This document shows positions 1-10,425 of a stretch of 64,000 bases of DNA, piece by piece. The DNA comes from a virus. The stretch lies in the IMG/VR virus record IMGVR_UViG_3300037423_001503. One strand, given 5' to 3'. The notes under the pieces are model-generated. The model had not been told where the DNA came from and searched no databases. It saw nothing but the letters and a program-made list of their open reading frames with translations. How positions within the stretch are numbered: position 1 is the first letter of the stretch; the number at the start of each line of letters is the position of its first letter. The translations under genes were made by a program, and so were the position numbers.

Positions 1-2
1 TG

Positions 3-584
3 CGCCGCCCAAGTGGCACACTACGCGTCGGCTTCCACGCCGGCCCCGGCACCGGCAAGTCGACTACATCTGCGCTCGTCTTCGGCGCGCTCAAGCAGCG
101 CGGGCGCAACGTCGAGATGTCACACGAGTACGCGAAGGACTTGACGTGGGAGCAGCGCTCAGCAGCGCTCTCCTATCAGCCCTACATTGTGGCGAAGCAG
201 ATGTGGCGAGAGCGCCGACTAGATGGCCAGGTTGAGGCGATCCTCACCGACACCTCGACGCTGTACTCGTTCATCTACGGCACAGAAGAGAACGGCGTTA
301 CGCCTGCGTTCAAGTCCTGGGTGCTAAGCGAGTACTTCAATGTGCCGCGGCTGGACTTCTTCCTGCTTCGCGACCACGAGCGCCCCTACAACGAGAAGGG
401 GCGCAACCAGACTCGCGAAGAGGCCGAGGCTTTGGATAAGCCGTTGCGCGACGTGCTCATCGACAACGGCGTCGTCCACGATCTAGTTGCCGTCGATGCG
501 AAGGGCAACTCGCATATCGACTACATCGTCGGGCGCATCGAGACAGCGCTGGCGCTTCAACAGGAACCGACAGCGCATGCCTAA
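3..584 (+). CDS. P-loop nucleotide kinase/ATPase (AAA_28/NadR-kinase-like), 5' truncated by window
   Basis: Frame is open from base 3, upstream of the track start at 117, and reads GFHAGPGTGKSTT (Walker A), then EYAKDLTW and GRNQTREEA. Confidence 0.7.
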   Translation, partial: RRPSGTLRVGFHAGPGTGKSTTSALVFGALKQRGRNVEMSHEYAKDLTWEQRSAALSYQPYIVAKQMWRERRLDGQVEAILTDTSTLYSFIYGTEENGVTPAFKSWVLSEYFNVPRLDFFLLRDHERPYNEKGRNQTREEAEALDKPLRDVLIDNGVVHDLVAVDAKGNSHIDYIVGRIETALALQQEPTAHA

Positions 585-2547
585 GCTCTCGCACGGCGAG
601 GACCAACTAGAACTCTCCCTGACCGGCGCAGAGGATTTCCAGGCCGCGCTGGCCGCGGTCAAGGCCATCCCGGGCCGCCGCTTTGACGGCGACCGCAAGC
701 TGTGGTGCTTCCCTGAGGATCCGGCGATTGCTGAGCGCCTCATGGTGACGGTGAAGCCAGAGCTTTCGCCTGACCTCTTGGGCTGGATCAAGGCGTCCAA
801 GAAGAACAGCCAGAAGGAACTCGTCACCCCACTGCCCGACGATGCCGATCTCATCGTCCCCTGGGCGAAGCAGCGCGTGCACTGGCAGCCCGAGTTCGTC
901 GGCCCGAAGTCCGATCCTGTCGAGTTCAAGGGTCTCTACGCCTTCCAGCGCGCCTTCGCCGACTTCGCGGCCGGTAAGACCGGCAACGACGCCGCGCTCC
1001 TGTTGGCTGACGACATGGGGCTAGGCAAGTGCGGCCAGTCATCGTCGGCGATCGTCGAGTGGATGATGCGCAGCGCTGGACTCTACGACATGCTCGCCAA
1101 CAACCCCAACGGCGTTCCCGTCGAAGGCCTCTCATGCGCGGCGGATATGTTGAAGTGGGCCGCGGTCGAGGACGGACCGAAGCTCATCATCTCGCCGGCC
1201 TCGGTGAAGGGAACCTGGGGCCGCGAGCTTCGCATGTGGCTCGGTCAGGCTGAGCCCATTTTCGTCATCGACGGCGCGGCGACGCCAAAGCGCCGCAACG
1301 CGCAGCTTCTCGACGCCATCAACAACTCCGGTTGGGCGGTCATCAACTGGGAACAGCTTCGAGTCAAGCGTGAGATCCGTAAGGTCCGCACTCGCATGAT
1401 GCACGCCATCACGGGCGAGTTCTTGGGCTGGAAGGAAAAGGACAAGGAGGTCACGGTTCTCCGTGAGCCGCTGTTTGAGGAGACTCCTTGGGTAGCGGCC
1501 GTCGCCGACGAGGCGCACCGGGCGAAGAACCGTAAGGCGCTTACAACGCAGGGACTGTGGCGTGTCAGCGCTGGCTTCAAGATGGCCTTGACGGGAACTC
1601 CGCTGATGAATTCGCCGGACGAGTTGTGGTCGATCCTGCGCTGGCTGTATCCGGAGGAGTACACCTCGTACTGGCGATTCTTCGATCAGTACGTTGACTT
1701 CTACGAGGGCCAGTACGGGAAGATCATCACTGGCGTCAAGAACGCCGACGCGTTGCGGTTCGAGCTTTCGACTCGCTTGGTCCGCCGCACCAAGGATGAG
1801 GTGCTGGATCAGCTTCCCGAGAAGACGCGTGAGTTCGTTCCGATCACGCTCAATAAGAAGCAGCGCAAGCTCTACGACGAGGCCGAGAAGCAGCTTTGGT
1901 TTGAGGTCGAGCAGGCAATCAAGGACGGTGATCGATCTGCGCTGAAGTTCGCTAAGGAGGTCTCAGCGAACCCGGCCGCCGTCTATACGGTTCCGAATGG
2001 TGCGGCGCGTATCGTGCGGCTGCGCCAGATTGCTTCCACGCCGGCCCTGTTGGGCGGCGAGGATGACTCGGCCAAGCTCGACGCTGCTGTCGAGACCATC
2101 ACCGACAACATCGGCTCGCAGTTCGTGGTATTCTCAGAGTTCGTCGATACCTGCCACATCCTTGTCGAGCGTCTACGTCGGCTGGGTGTCTCAGCAGAGG
2201 CCTTTACTGGTCAGTCTGATTCCGAGGATCGAACTCGGATGGAGAACGACTTCCAGGCGGGCGAGATCGACGTCCTCGTCGGAACGATCGGCGCGATGAA
2301 GGAGGGCATTACCCTCACCGCGGCCAGCAACATGATCTTCCTTGAGCGTCATTGGACGCCGGCTGTGAACGAACAGTGCGAGGATCGTTGCCACCGTAAC
2401 GGCCAGAAGAATGCCGTGACGATCCTGATCTTCGAGGCCGAGGACACGGTCGATGCTCAGAAGATCTCACCAACAAACGCAATCAAGTCGCTCATCGTTT
2501 CCTCGGTCATCGCCAAGGACGACGTCGCAGAGCGGAGGAGGAAGTAA
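577..2547 (+). CDS. SNF2/SWI2-family DNA helicase with HARP-like N-terminus
   Basis: LADDMGLGK, VADEAHRAKN, ALTGTPLMN, EGITLTAAS, QCEDRCHRNGQ; ATG at 577 preceded by AGGA. Confidence 0.9.
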   Translation: MPKLSHGEDQLELSLTGAEDFQAALAAVKAIPGRRFDGDRKLWCFPEDPAIAERLMVTVKPELSPDLLGWIKASKKNSQKELVTPLPDDADLIVPWAKQRVHWQPEFVGPKSDPVEFKGLYAFQRAFADFAAGKTGNDAALLLADDMGLGKCGQSSSAIVEWMMRSAGLYDMLANNPNGVPVEGLSCAADMLKWAAVEDGPKLIISPASVKGTWGRELRMWLGQAEPIFVIDGAATPKRRNAQLLDAINNSGWAVINWEQLRVKREIRKVRTRMMHAITGEFLGWKEKDKEVTVLREPLFEETPWVAAVADEAHRAKNRKALTTQGLWRVSAGFKMALTGTPLMNSPDELWSILRWLYPEEYTSYWRFFDQYVDFYEGQYGKIITGVKNADALRFELSTRLVRRTKDEVLDQLPEKTREFVPITLNKKQRKLYDEAEKQLWFEVEQAIKDGDRSALKFAKEVSANPAAVYTVPNGAARIVRLRQIASTPALLGGEDDSAKLDAAVETITDNIGSQFVVFSEFVDTCHILVERLRRLGVSAEAFTGQSDSEDRTRMENDFQAGEIDVLVGTIGAMKEGITLTAASNMIFLERHWTPAVNEQCEDRCHRNGQKNAVTILIFEAEDTVDAQKISPTNAIKSLIVSSVIAKDDVAERRRK

Positions 2548-2786
2548 TGTCGTTCTTTGACGACGAAGATCACGACGAGGGCCTTGACGAGCCAGCGCCG
2601 GGAACTGGCGCAGCGTGGGCGGCTGCACTCTTCATGATGACGAACCTTGCGCTAAGCCTATTGGGTGGGCTCGTCTTCTCAGTGACCGTAAACGCACTAC
2701 CGACGGGACTTGACCATGTGTCGTTCCGCCAGGCCACCGCGGCGGCGATTTTCCTGCGGATGGCCGCAATCGTCGTTCGGGCATAG
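2547..2786 (+). CDS. small membrane protein
   Basis: TAATG coupling, GGAGG SD, hydrophobic segments. Confidence 0.55.
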   Translation: MSFFDDEDHDEGLDEPAPGTGAAWAAALFMMTNLALSLLGGLVFSVTVNALPTGLDHVSFRQATAAAIFLRMAAIVVRA

Positions 2787-2794
2787 GAGTATGG

Positions 2795-3214
2795 ATGTCT
2801 GACCTATCAGCACTAGAGAGCAAGTTTCGCCGACTCGCAGAGCTTCGCGAGCAGCGCGACATCGATAAGAAGACCGCCGAGAACTCCGAGTCCGAGTATC
2901 GAACCTACGAGGCTGAGTTGTTTGAGGCGATCGAAGAGTCTGCCCTCAGGGGGACGGTTGAATTCGATTTCGGCGGCGACCTCGGAAAGATTCGCTTCCA
3001 GCCGCGCCGCACAATCTACGGACGAGTCATCGATAAGGCAGCGGCGTTGGAGGCCTTCGAGGCCGACGCCATCGCCGAGGAGATGACGTCACCGAAGATC
3101 GAAGCCAGACGGCTCAACGAATACGTTCGTGATCGCATCGAGAACGGCCAGAATCTGCCTGACGGTGTCGACTACTACGAACGCCGATTCTTCACAATCT
3201 CGCGAAAGGGATAA
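2795..3214 (+). CDS. hypothetical coiled-coil protein in replication module
   Basis: AGGAG SD; 139 aa; between helicase and SSB-like gene. Confidence 0.6.
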   Translation: MSDLSALESKFRRLAELREQRDIDKKTAENSESEYRTYEAELFEAIEESALRGTVEFDFGGDLGKIRFQPRRTIYGRVIDKAAALEAFEADAIAEEMTSPKIEARRLNEYVRDRIENGQNLPDGVDYYERRFFTISRKG

Positions 3215-3254
3215 GTACCACTTCACAGGCATATGACGCGCACATCGTCAGCAT

Positions 3255-3277
3255 TTGACAGCCCTTTCTGATACACT
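3255..3277 (+). promoter_or_regulatory. putative promoter (TTGACA ... TACACT) for SSB/primase operon
   Basis: Intergenic; -10-like TACACT; the 11-nt spacing from TTGACA is non-canonical; TACACTTCATCTA recurs at 15087. Confidence 0.4.
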
Positions 3278-3313
3278 TCATCTACTAACCCAACGAGGAG
3301 TTTTTACAACCGC

Positions 3314-4105
3314 ATGGCAACAAAGTCGCAGGAACTAGAGGTAATCGAGGAGTCCGCGGAGCTAGACGTGATCTCCGATGATGAAGCGGCACTCATCGCG
3401 GCCAACCAGGCCGACGTCGATGCCTCTGAGTTCGTCATCCCGATCGTCAAGCTCGCGCAGCCGCTGACCGACGAGGTCACCTCTGGTAACGCCAAGGCCG
3501 GCGAGTTCATCCTCGGCCTTACCGGTGAGTCGTTCGCAGCGCCGGTCGAGTTCGTCGTCGCCGGCAAGGGCAAGGGCCGGTTCAAGCCGGGCCGAGACGG
3601 TGAGCGCACGCTCGTCGCCTACGACACCCCAACCGTGCCTTGGAAGGATGACCCCTTCTACGGACAGCCGTTCACTGAGCACCCCGACGCCGAGGAGAAG
3701 TTCAAGGCTCGCGTCGACGCCGGTGAGATCGAGTGGGGTCACGGCCCGACGATCCAGACGACGTTCAACTACACCGGCTACATCGTCGGCTCTGACGTAC
3801 CTGTGCGTCTCAGCCTCCGCCGCACCTCTGCTCCGGCAGCGCGTAAGTGGAACACGCTCCTCGACGCGGTCCTCCGTGGCCGTTACTGGGATCAGGTCTT
3901 CACGGTCGGCTCTGAGCAGCAGAAGAACAACAAGGGCGCGTACTACGTCGTGACGGTTCAGCCGTCGCGCAAGACCTCGCCCGAGGAGAAGAAGGCCGCC
4001 ATTCAGTTGGCGACCGCGCTGCGCAACCAGTCCGTCACCACGGTTGGCGAGACCGACGACGCACCTACGTCCGCGCCGGACGCTAACGGCGGCATCGAGC
4101 TTTAG
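3314..4105 (+). CDS. putative single-stranded DNA-binding protein
   Basis: IPIVKLAQ motif, aromatic-rich core, acidic C-terminal tail, position before primase. Confidence 0.55.
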   Translation: MATKSQELEVIEESAELDVISDDEAALIAANQADVDASEFVIPIVKLAQPLTDEVTSGNAKAGEFILGLTGESFAAPVEFVVAGKGKGRFKPGRDGERTLVAYDTPTVPWKDDPFYGQPFTEHPDAEEKFKARVDAGEIEWGHGPTIQTTFNYTGYIVGSDVPVRLSLRRTSAPAARKWNTLLDAVLRGRYWDQVFTVGSEQQKNNKGAYYVVTVQPSRKTSPEEKKAAIQLATALRNQSVTTVGETDDAPTSAPDANGGIEL

Positions 4106-4212
4106 CTCGAACACAGCACCCCACGCTGTCCTCCCGCGACCCGGACCGAGCCAAGCGCTCGGCCGGGATCGCGGCAAGTCTTTGAAGTACCTCCAAGAGA
4201 GGAGGATCATTG

Positions 4213-5178
4213 ATGCCTGAAGCCAATCCATTCGTCGGCCGGTTCATGAAGCTCTTCGACGGCCTCGACGACGCCTACGGCACAGGCCGCGGCCAGTGGG
4301 TTCGCGAACAGCCTAAGCGGGCGCAGTTCTCAGAACATCTCGCCGGCCGCGGACCAGGCCTAGGAATCGGTCCGCTGCGTCGCGACGGCACGGTTGTCTT
4401 CGCCGCCGTCGATCTCGACGAGCCCGACTTCGACACCGCCCAGGCCATCGCAGCGCTGCTTCCAGGAACGCAGTTCATCGAACGTAGCCGTTCCGGCAAT
4501 GCGCACATCTTCACGTTCTTCTCGGCACCGATCGAGGGCTGGATCGCAAGAGGGTTGATGCGCGAGGCCTGCGCCGCGCTCAAGAAGAAGTTTGTTGAGG
4601 TGTTTCCGAAGCAGGATCGCCTCCGCGACGACATGCTTGGCAACTACCTCAACTTGCCCTATTACGGTAACGACCGGCCGGTAGTTGGTGTCTCAGTCGG
4701 CACTGGCGGTCATCTCGATCTTGACCATCCGTTGACGCTAGACGAGTTCATTGAACGCGCAGAGGGGACACTCAACGACCCTCAGGATTGGGTCAAGCGC
4801 GCTCGTTGGCTGGGCGTTCCATCACCTGAGGAGCGCGCCTCTGAGGGGCGCGAGTTCGGCACCTCACAGACGCTCCACATGTGCTGTGAGTATGTGATCG
4901 CCAACCGCGACGAGAACCCCATCGTCGATGGCCATCGAGCGGTTGTCTACTTCGCGCTGGCTAAGCAACTCGCTAACTGTGAGTTGTACTCAGAGGACGA
5001 GGCTGTTGACCTGTTGGTGTTGATCAACGATTCGTCACCTGATCCGGTCTCAGAATCTGAGCTTCGACACATGTATCGCAACGCCGTGCGGGGCCAATAT
5101 ACGTCGACCGGCTGCGATGATCCTCTCTTCCAGCCTTACGCACATCCAGAATGCCCCATCTCAAATGGAGGAAAGTAA
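4213..5178 (+). CDS. archaeo-eukaryotic primase (AEP/PrimPol type) with C-terminal helical domain
   Basis: VDLD, SRSGNAH, EVFPKQD, GNYLNLPY motifs. Confidence 0.8.
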   Translation: MPEANPFVGRFMKLFDGLDDAYGTGRGQWVREQPKRAQFSEHLAGRGPGLGIGPLRRDGTVVFAAVDLDEPDFDTAQAIAALLPGTQFIERSRSGNAHIFTFFSAPIEGWIARGLMREACAALKKKFVEVFPKQDRLRDDMLGNYLNLPYYGNDRPVVGVSVGTGGHLDLDHPLTLDEFIERAEGTLNDPQDWVKRARWLGVPSPEERASEGREFGTSQTLHMCCEYVIANRDENPIVDGHRAVVYFALAKQLANCELYSEDEAVDLLVLINDSSPDPVSESELRHMYRNAVRGQYTSTGCDDPLFQPYAHPECPISNGGK

Positions 5179-5748
5179 ATGGGCTGCTCAGCCACAGCAA
5201 AGCTTCTCTTCGGTGTGCCGCTCGACCACGAGCAGCACCCGTTCGCTCGTTATAACGATGACTACGAGACGGTCGACAATCTAGGTAATCCTCTCACTGA
5301 GGAGGAGTACGATGCGCTCACCGACGATACCGATCTAGGTGAGTACCTGGCGACGCTCGCCGGCCACAAGAATCCGTGGAAGACATACCCGCCGTACCTG
5401 GAGCGCGACGAATACGGCCCGTACGATGAGTTCAAGACGTGGCTTGCGACGACTCCTGAGGGCAAGGAGCTTGACCGACTAACCGATGCGTGGCGCGACC
5501 TAAGGCACCAGCTTGAGAACGCAGCGCCTGTTGAGATCGTCTACGCAGGCGACCTTCAGTACGGCAGCGCGCAGTATGTGATTGCGCTGAAGGGTTATGA
5601 GAACAGCGTCGATTGGGGCGCTGAGAAGATCGACCTACCTGAGCGGCCGTCACAGGAAGAGATCGACACAGCGGTCGAGTTCTGTCGCGCAAACGCGCTG
5701 CCTGACTTCTTGGACGCCGGCTGGGTTCTGGCCGCACAGTACGGCTGA
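5179..5748 (+). CDS. hypothetical protein
   Basis: Tightly packed ORF in operon. Confidence 0.6.
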   Translation: MGCSATAKLLFGVPLDHEQHPFARYNDDYETVDNLGNPLTEEEYDALTDDTDLGEYLATLAGHKNPWKTYPPYLERDEYGPYDEFKTWLATTPEGKELDRLTDAWRDLRHQLENAAPVEIVYAGDLQYGSAQYVIALKGYENSVDWGAEKIDLPERPSQEEIDTAVEFCRANALPDFLDAGWVLAAQYG

Positions 5749-6101
5749 TGGACTTCAACCCCAACAACCTCAACGCGCCTGAGGCTCCGATCTGGGCGAC
5801 CTATGTTCCTGAGCGGCGGCCGAAGTTCAAGAGCCACACACAGAGAAGCCACGCGCTGGGCGCGTTTCAGTACCGGCGCAACGTCATCCTCTACAAGTTC
5901 ATCGACTCTGAGTGGGTCGAGGTCTACCGCATCGAAAATGGCCATGACGATGTCATGTCCTGCGACCGATGTGGAGGACAACCAGAGTACGGGTACTGGC
6001 GCTCTGTGTGGGAACGCGGAGAAGACGGAAAGATCAAGGAACCACTTAGACGGCTAGCGCTTTGCAGTTGGGACTGCCAGCGCGCCGAGGAAGGTAAGTA
6101 G
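5748..6101 (+). CDS. hypothetical protein with CxxC pairs
   Basis: TGATG coupling; CDRC and CSWDC. Confidence 0.55.
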   Translation: MDFNPNNLNAPEAPIWATYVPERRPKFKSHTQRSHALGAFQYRRNVILYKFIDSEWVEVYRIENGHDDVMSCDRCGGQPEYGYWRSVWERGEDGKIKEPLRRLALCSWDCQRAEEGK

Positions 6102-7285
6102 TGACGGACGTAAGGCTGACCGAGTTCGCACAGCTTCTCGCCACAGCCGACGAAGACGCCCGCGACGCGCTGATCTCGCGCGTCAAGTTGATGGCTATGC
6201 AGGCGGCGGCCCCAGAGGCATTCGAGCCGCCGATCACGCCGCTCGGCGAATATCTTGAGCGCGACATCCCGGTTCCGCCAATTCTGGTTGAGCCGTGTCT
6301 GCTCGTCCGCGGCGGCATCATGTGCACCGTCGGTCGTGCCGGCAAGGGCAAGACGCAGGTCAACTTGAACCGCATCCTCAAGTGGGCTGCCGGGATGCCG
6401 TTGTTCCCCGACGTGAAGACCCCAAATGGGGTTCCGGTGCTCGCCCCGACGCAGCCGCTGAAGACCCTGATCATTGAGAATGAGGGCGCTGCGGGCATGT
6501 TCCACAAGCAGATCAAGACCATGATGTACGCGGACGGCTACCTGACGCCGCCGCAGCGCGAGTTGGTGAAGGAGAACGTCCTCATCTGGGGCGACGGCGG
6601 CTACTCGGGGCTGAAGCTCGACGACCCCAACGCCCTCAACAGCGTCCGCGCCGGCTGCGAGAAGTGGGAACCGGACGTCGTCTTCATCGAGCCCTTCCGA
6701 GGGCTTTGGTCTGGTGATGAGAACTCATCAACCGACATGGCCACCGTGGCCGACGCCTTGTCTGGGATCGCGGCCGACTTCAACTGCGGCGTCATCCTGA
6801 CGCACCACGAGAAGAAGGGTGGCGCAGGAAACGACGACGACAAGATGTCTGCGGCGCGAGGGTCGACGGTGCTCGAAGGTGTCGTCGCGACGATGGAGAA
6901 CTTCGAGATCGCCAAGGGCGGCGATTACCGTGAGGTCTCCTACTCGAAGATCCGCTACAGCGGCGGCGAGAAGATCCTCCCAATCCGCATGGAGTGGCAG
7001 CACAAGGACTGGTGGTACCGGCACGTTCCGCTCGACGCAATCGAGCAGGCCGTTCTCGATGTCCTCGCCGAAAACGAGGACCCGATGACGATCGGTGAGC
7101 TTGTCGCCGAGACCGATGAGAAGGAGCACAAGATCCGTAACATCATGAAGGCGTTGGTAGACCAAGGCAAGGTCAAGGCCATGCCGAGCATCCAGCTAGG
7201 CGGCAACGGAACGACGGGCAAGCGGTATCGACTCGCAGTGCCGACCGGCGACGACACCGGCGCTGGCGCAGGAATGAGTTTCTGA
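6101..7285 (+). CDS. RecA-family (AAA_25/RepA-like) helicase with C-terminal winged HTH
   Basis: Walker A GRAGKGKT, IIENEG, Walker B-like VFIEPF, ILTHHEKK, ARGST. Confidence 0.8.
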   Translation: MTDVRLTEFAQLLATADEDARDALISRVKLMAMQAAAPEAFEPPITPLGEYLERDIPVPPILVEPCLLVRGGIMCTVGRAGKGKTQVNLNRILKWAAGMPLFPDVKTPNGVPVLAPTQPLKTLIIENEGAAGMFHKQIKTMMYADGYLTPPQRELVKENVLIWGDGGYSGLKLDDPNALNSVRAGCEKWEPDVVFIEPFRGLWSGDENSSTDMATVADALSGIAADFNCGVILTHHEKKGGAGNDDDKMSAARGSTVLEGVVATMENFEIAKGGDYREVSYSKIRYSGGEKILPIRMEWQHKDWWYRHVPLDAIEQAVLDVLAENEDPMTIGELVAETDEKEHKIRNIMKALVDQGKVKAMPSIQLGGNGTTGKRYRLAVPTGDDTGAGAGMSF

Positions 7286-7470
7286 TGTTTGAGGCACGTG
7301 ATGTGTACGAGCTTCAGCGCGATCTCGACCGCGAGATCATGGGCCACACGACGCTTCCGAGTTGGGACGAGTTGTCCTGGTCGGAGCAGGATGCGTGGCA
7401 GGTCAAGGCCGACGAGGTCAATGATAAGAACATGGAGGTCTCTCTGTGGGCAGCACTGACGGACGAGTAG
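7285..7470 (+). CDS. hypothetical protein
   Basis: TGATG coupling. Confidence 0.5.
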   Translation: MFEARDVYELQRDLDREIMGHTTLPSWDELSWSEQDAWQVKADEVNDKNMEVSLWAALTDE

Positions 7471-7916
7471 GCGGAGCGGACACGGCGGCTGAGTACTTCT
7501 ACTTGGCCGGTCCGATGACCAACATCCCGGCGTTCAACTTCCCTGAGTTTCACCGCGTCGCAGGGATCCTACGCGCTCAGGGATACAACTTGGTCAACCC
7601 GGCCGAGCTTGACGAGGAGATCGAGCGCAAGGAGGCAGAGGCGTCACCCGACGGTAAGCACCGAGGCCTCAAGCACGTCAAGACCTGGGCTGATTGTCTA
7701 CGCCGCGATATTGAGATCGTTGCCGACAACAACTGCGTTGGAGTGATCGTCATGGACGGCTGGGAGAACTCTCAGGGAGCGCAGTTCGAGACCTACGTGG
7801 CCTACAAGCTGCGTATGCCGATCTATCGCTTCCTGGAAACAGCGCGGGACGAGTTCACGCTCGTTGAGATTCAACGCGGTCCGTCGCTAGCAGCGGCTGG
7901 TGTCGTCGATGGCTGA
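7446..7916 (+). CDS. DUF4406 / nucleoside 2-deoxyribosyltransferase-fold protein
   Basis: YLAGPMT..FNFPEF, NPAE, GWENSQGAQFE; start uncertain. Confidence 0.75.
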   Translation: MGSTDGRVGGADTAAEYFYLAGPMTNIPAFNFPEFHRVAGILRAQGYNLVNPAELDEEIERKEAEASPDGKHRGLKHVKTWADCLRRDIEIVADNNCVGVIVMDGWENSQGAQFETYVAYKLRMPIYRFLETARDEFTLVEIQRGPSLAAAGVVDG

Positions 7917-8334
7917 AATCATCGTCGTCCACGCCGACGACTACACGGACTATTTGGATGCGTCGACTGATGAGGCATGGGCGCGCAATGCGTACGGGCT
8001 ACTGAAGGAGCGCTTCCAGAGCGGCTACTTCTACCACGACCCAGGCGATGAGCCTATCTACGACGGCATGTCGGTGGCTGAGATTGGAGAGATCACCGAC
8101 CCTGAGATCAAGAAGATAGCGACGACTAAGTACAACCGCTGGGTCAGGGCCAAGCGTGAATGGCAGGACGAGAAGGCAACCTATGACGCAGTCGCCGAAG
8201 AGGTCGCGAACGGACCGACATGGCGTGAGTACAAGTCAGGCCGTCGCGAGCCCACGGCGTGGGGACTTCTCGACGCCCGATCAGACTACGAGTACGAGAG
8301 GGTCGAGTTGATGACAGTGAGGAACTATGACTGA
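7909..8334 (+). CDS. hypothetical protein
   Basis: Overlapping operon ORF. Confidence 0.55.
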   Translation: MAEIIVVHADDYTDYLDASTDEAWARNAYGLLKERFQSGYFYHDPGDEPIYDGMSVAEIGEITDPEIKKIATTKYNRWVRAKREWQDEKATYDAVAEEVANGPTWREYKSGRREPTAWGLLDARSDYEYERVELMTVRNYD

Positions 8335-8629
8335 CCGACCGGAAGAGATCGTCTCTGTCTACGACGACGTCAGCGGCGACTGGGAGGGACTGTACTTTGA
8401 CGGCCGCCTCGTCTCACAGAACCACAGCATCGATGCGGGCGAGGTGCTCTCACTGATCGGCTATGACGTCACGTATGTGCCGGCCTCGGCCGATGAAACC
8501 GGAGGTCGATTTCCTGATAGACTTGAGGACGTCGTAACGACGAAGGAACTACACCGTCGCTCACTCCTCGCCGAAGCAGCAGAGCTTCGCGCCAAGGCTG
8601 ACGCATTGGAGGCCTCGATTGAGCACTGA
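8327..8629 (+). CDS. hypothetical protein
   Basis: GAGGA SD, overlapping operon ORF. Confidence 0.55.
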   Translation: MTDRPEEIVSVYDDVSGDWEGLYFDGRLVSQNHSIDAGEVLSLIGYDVTYVPASADETGGRFPDRLEDVVTTKELHRRSLLAEAAELRAKADALEASIEH

Positions 8630-8861
8630 GGTGAAGGACTTCCGTCTCTACCTGCACCGCAGCAAGGAGACCAACTACGACGCCTGGCAGTACGACCTCG
8701 GCTGGTCAACCGAAGACCCAGGCTTCGAGAAATTCAAGTACTGCGGATACGAAGTCGAACTGATCACTCAGATCGACAGAGAGACCGGCCGCTGCTTCGC
8801 AATTGGGATCATGGACCGCGGCGAACTTGTCGATTTTGAACGAGGAGTAGAACTCACTTGA
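8619..8861 (+). CDS. hypothetical protein
   Basis: GGAGG SD before TTG. Confidence 0.5.
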   Translation: MSTEVKDFRLYLHRSKETNYDAWQYDLGWSTEDPGFEKFKYCGYEVELITQIDRETGRCFAIGIMDRGELVDFERGVELT

Positions 8862-9592
8862 GGCTTATTGGACTACACGCACGGCTTCACGCCGGCAAGG
8901 ACACAGCGTTTGAGTTCATCGATAACTGGTCGCTGGTTCGCCGCCAGCTTGCGCAGCGTCGCGCCTTCGCTGACCCGCTGAAGATCTCTGGTATGCGCGC
9001 GCTCGGCTTCAAGTCCATCAAGCCCGATGATGCGGCCGAATCACATTGGGCTGTCCGGGTCGCCAACCAGATCAAGGAAACCGGTCGAGTAACGGTTACC
9101 TGGGTCGACATCGACGGAGGCATGCGCAGCCAAACCATCACCGGCCGCGAACTGTGGCAGTTGTACGGCACAGAGGCGCACCGAGCAGATGATCTCGGCT
9201 CAAGCTTCGGCGCGAACTTCTGGGTCGACAACTTGCTCCCGGCGGGAACCTCGTCGGAGCCTCTCACTCGCGCCGCTAACGGCGAGGCCACGAGCCTGAC
9301 GCCACTGTGGTACAAGAACTTCGAAGACTGGCGCGGCAAGCGTCCTGACATCGCCGTCGTAACTGACGTCAGGTTCCCCAACGAGGCCACGCGCATTCTC
9401 AAGCTGGGCGGCGAGGTGTGGAAGATCGACGCTGATCAGCGGCTTGGCCCCAACACTGACGGCCATGCTTCGGAGCAGCCGCTCGACGATGACTACATCA
9501 GTCGCGTCATCGACAACAACTCTGATCTCAACAACTTCGCCACAGGAATCGAAGCCGCGCTGGTTGGGACAACGCTCACGCCGGCCAAGTAA
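8858..9592 (+). CDS. deoxynucleoside monophosphate kinase
   Basis: AGKDT, AFADPLK, RELWQLYGTE, VVTDVRFPNE, HASE. Confidence 0.88.
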   Translation: MRLIGLHARLHAGKDTAFEFIDNWSLVRRQLAQRRAFADPLKISGMRALGFKSIKPDDAAESHWAVRVANQIKETGRVTVTWVDIDGGMRSQTITGRELWQLYGTEAHRADDLGSSFGANFWVDNLLPAGTSSEPLTRAANGEATSLTPLWYKNFEDWRGKRPDIAVVTDVRFPNEATRILKLGGEVWKIDADQRLGPNTDGHASEQPLDDDYISRVIDNNSDLNNFATGIEAALVGTTLTPAK

Positions 9593-9595
9593 CGA

Positions 9596-10237
9596 ATGCT
9601 CACCATCGATGACATCAGGGACGATCGTCGGCGGTCAGGCTTTCGCGGTGTAACCGTCGACCACGGCGGTCATTCGCGGCAGGCGAAGCCTTACCGCGCC
9701 TCCAAGGGCGTCAAGGGCAGCGGCCCTAACTACGACTATTGGCGCGGGCCGCGACGCGAAACAGCCGAAGAAGCTGCGCGCGACTACTGCGATTACGTCA
9801 ACGATGACTCAACAACCCCAACAACCCGACTAAACTCGGCCGGCCATTCAGCGCCGCAACGTCAGCGACTACCTCGCGATCCCGAGGTTGAGGCCGCTCT
9901 TGGGGTTCTGAGGGACGCTAGGGCTCAGCGCCAGGGCAAGCAGGGCTACGTGTACTGCATTGGCGAGACTCAGGGCGTCGCTTGGGGAGTGAAGGTCGGA
10001 TATTCGGTGAACCCTGAGAAGCGCGTCACTGAACTACAAACCGGCAACCCTCGCATTCTCTCAGTGATCGGAAAGATCAAGGGAACGCCCGATGACGAGA
10101 AGCGCATTCACTCAAAGTACATGAAGTACAACTTGATCGGCGAGTGGTTCGTGCCGACGCGCGAGCTACTTAGTGAGTTTGGTCTCACATCCCTAGGAAC
10201 GGTCGGCCATTCACGACTCGAAGAGGCGGCAGCGTGA
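9596..10237 (+). CDS. GIY-YIG (T5orf172/MUG113-like) endonuclease with AP2-like N-terminus
   Basis: GYVYCI, VKVGYS, RVTELQTGNP, EKRIH, GEWF; N-terminal SGFRGV. Confidence 0.75.
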   Translation: MLTIDDIRDDRRRSGFRGVTVDHGGHSRQAKPYRASKGVKGSGPNYDYWRGPRRETAEEAARDYCDYVNDDSTTPTTRLNSAGHSAPQRQRLPRDPEVEAALGVLRDARAQRQGKQGYVYCIGETQGVAWGVKVGYSVNPEKRVTELQTGNPRILSVIGKIKGTPDDEKRIHSKYMKYNLIGEWFVPTRELLSEFGLTSLGTVGHSRLEEAAA

Positions 10238-10425
10238 GCTACTCAGATGACTACAAGGACATGCAGCATGCGAAGTTTTTGGATCAGTGGGCTCCGGACG
10301 ACAGATTGCCTGAGTTGACCGCCGAAAATCTGCGCTACAACATCGCCAGGGCCAATAAGGCCGAGTCTGAACTGCGAGAAATTCGTATCGCAGTTTCAGA
10401 TATCAAGCGTGTGCTCAATCTATGA
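10234..10425 (+). CDS. hypothetical protein
   Basis: GTGA coupling. Confidence 0.45.
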   Translation: MSYSDDYKDMQHAKFLDQWAPDDRLPELTAENLRYNIARANKAESELREIRIAVSDIKRVLNL

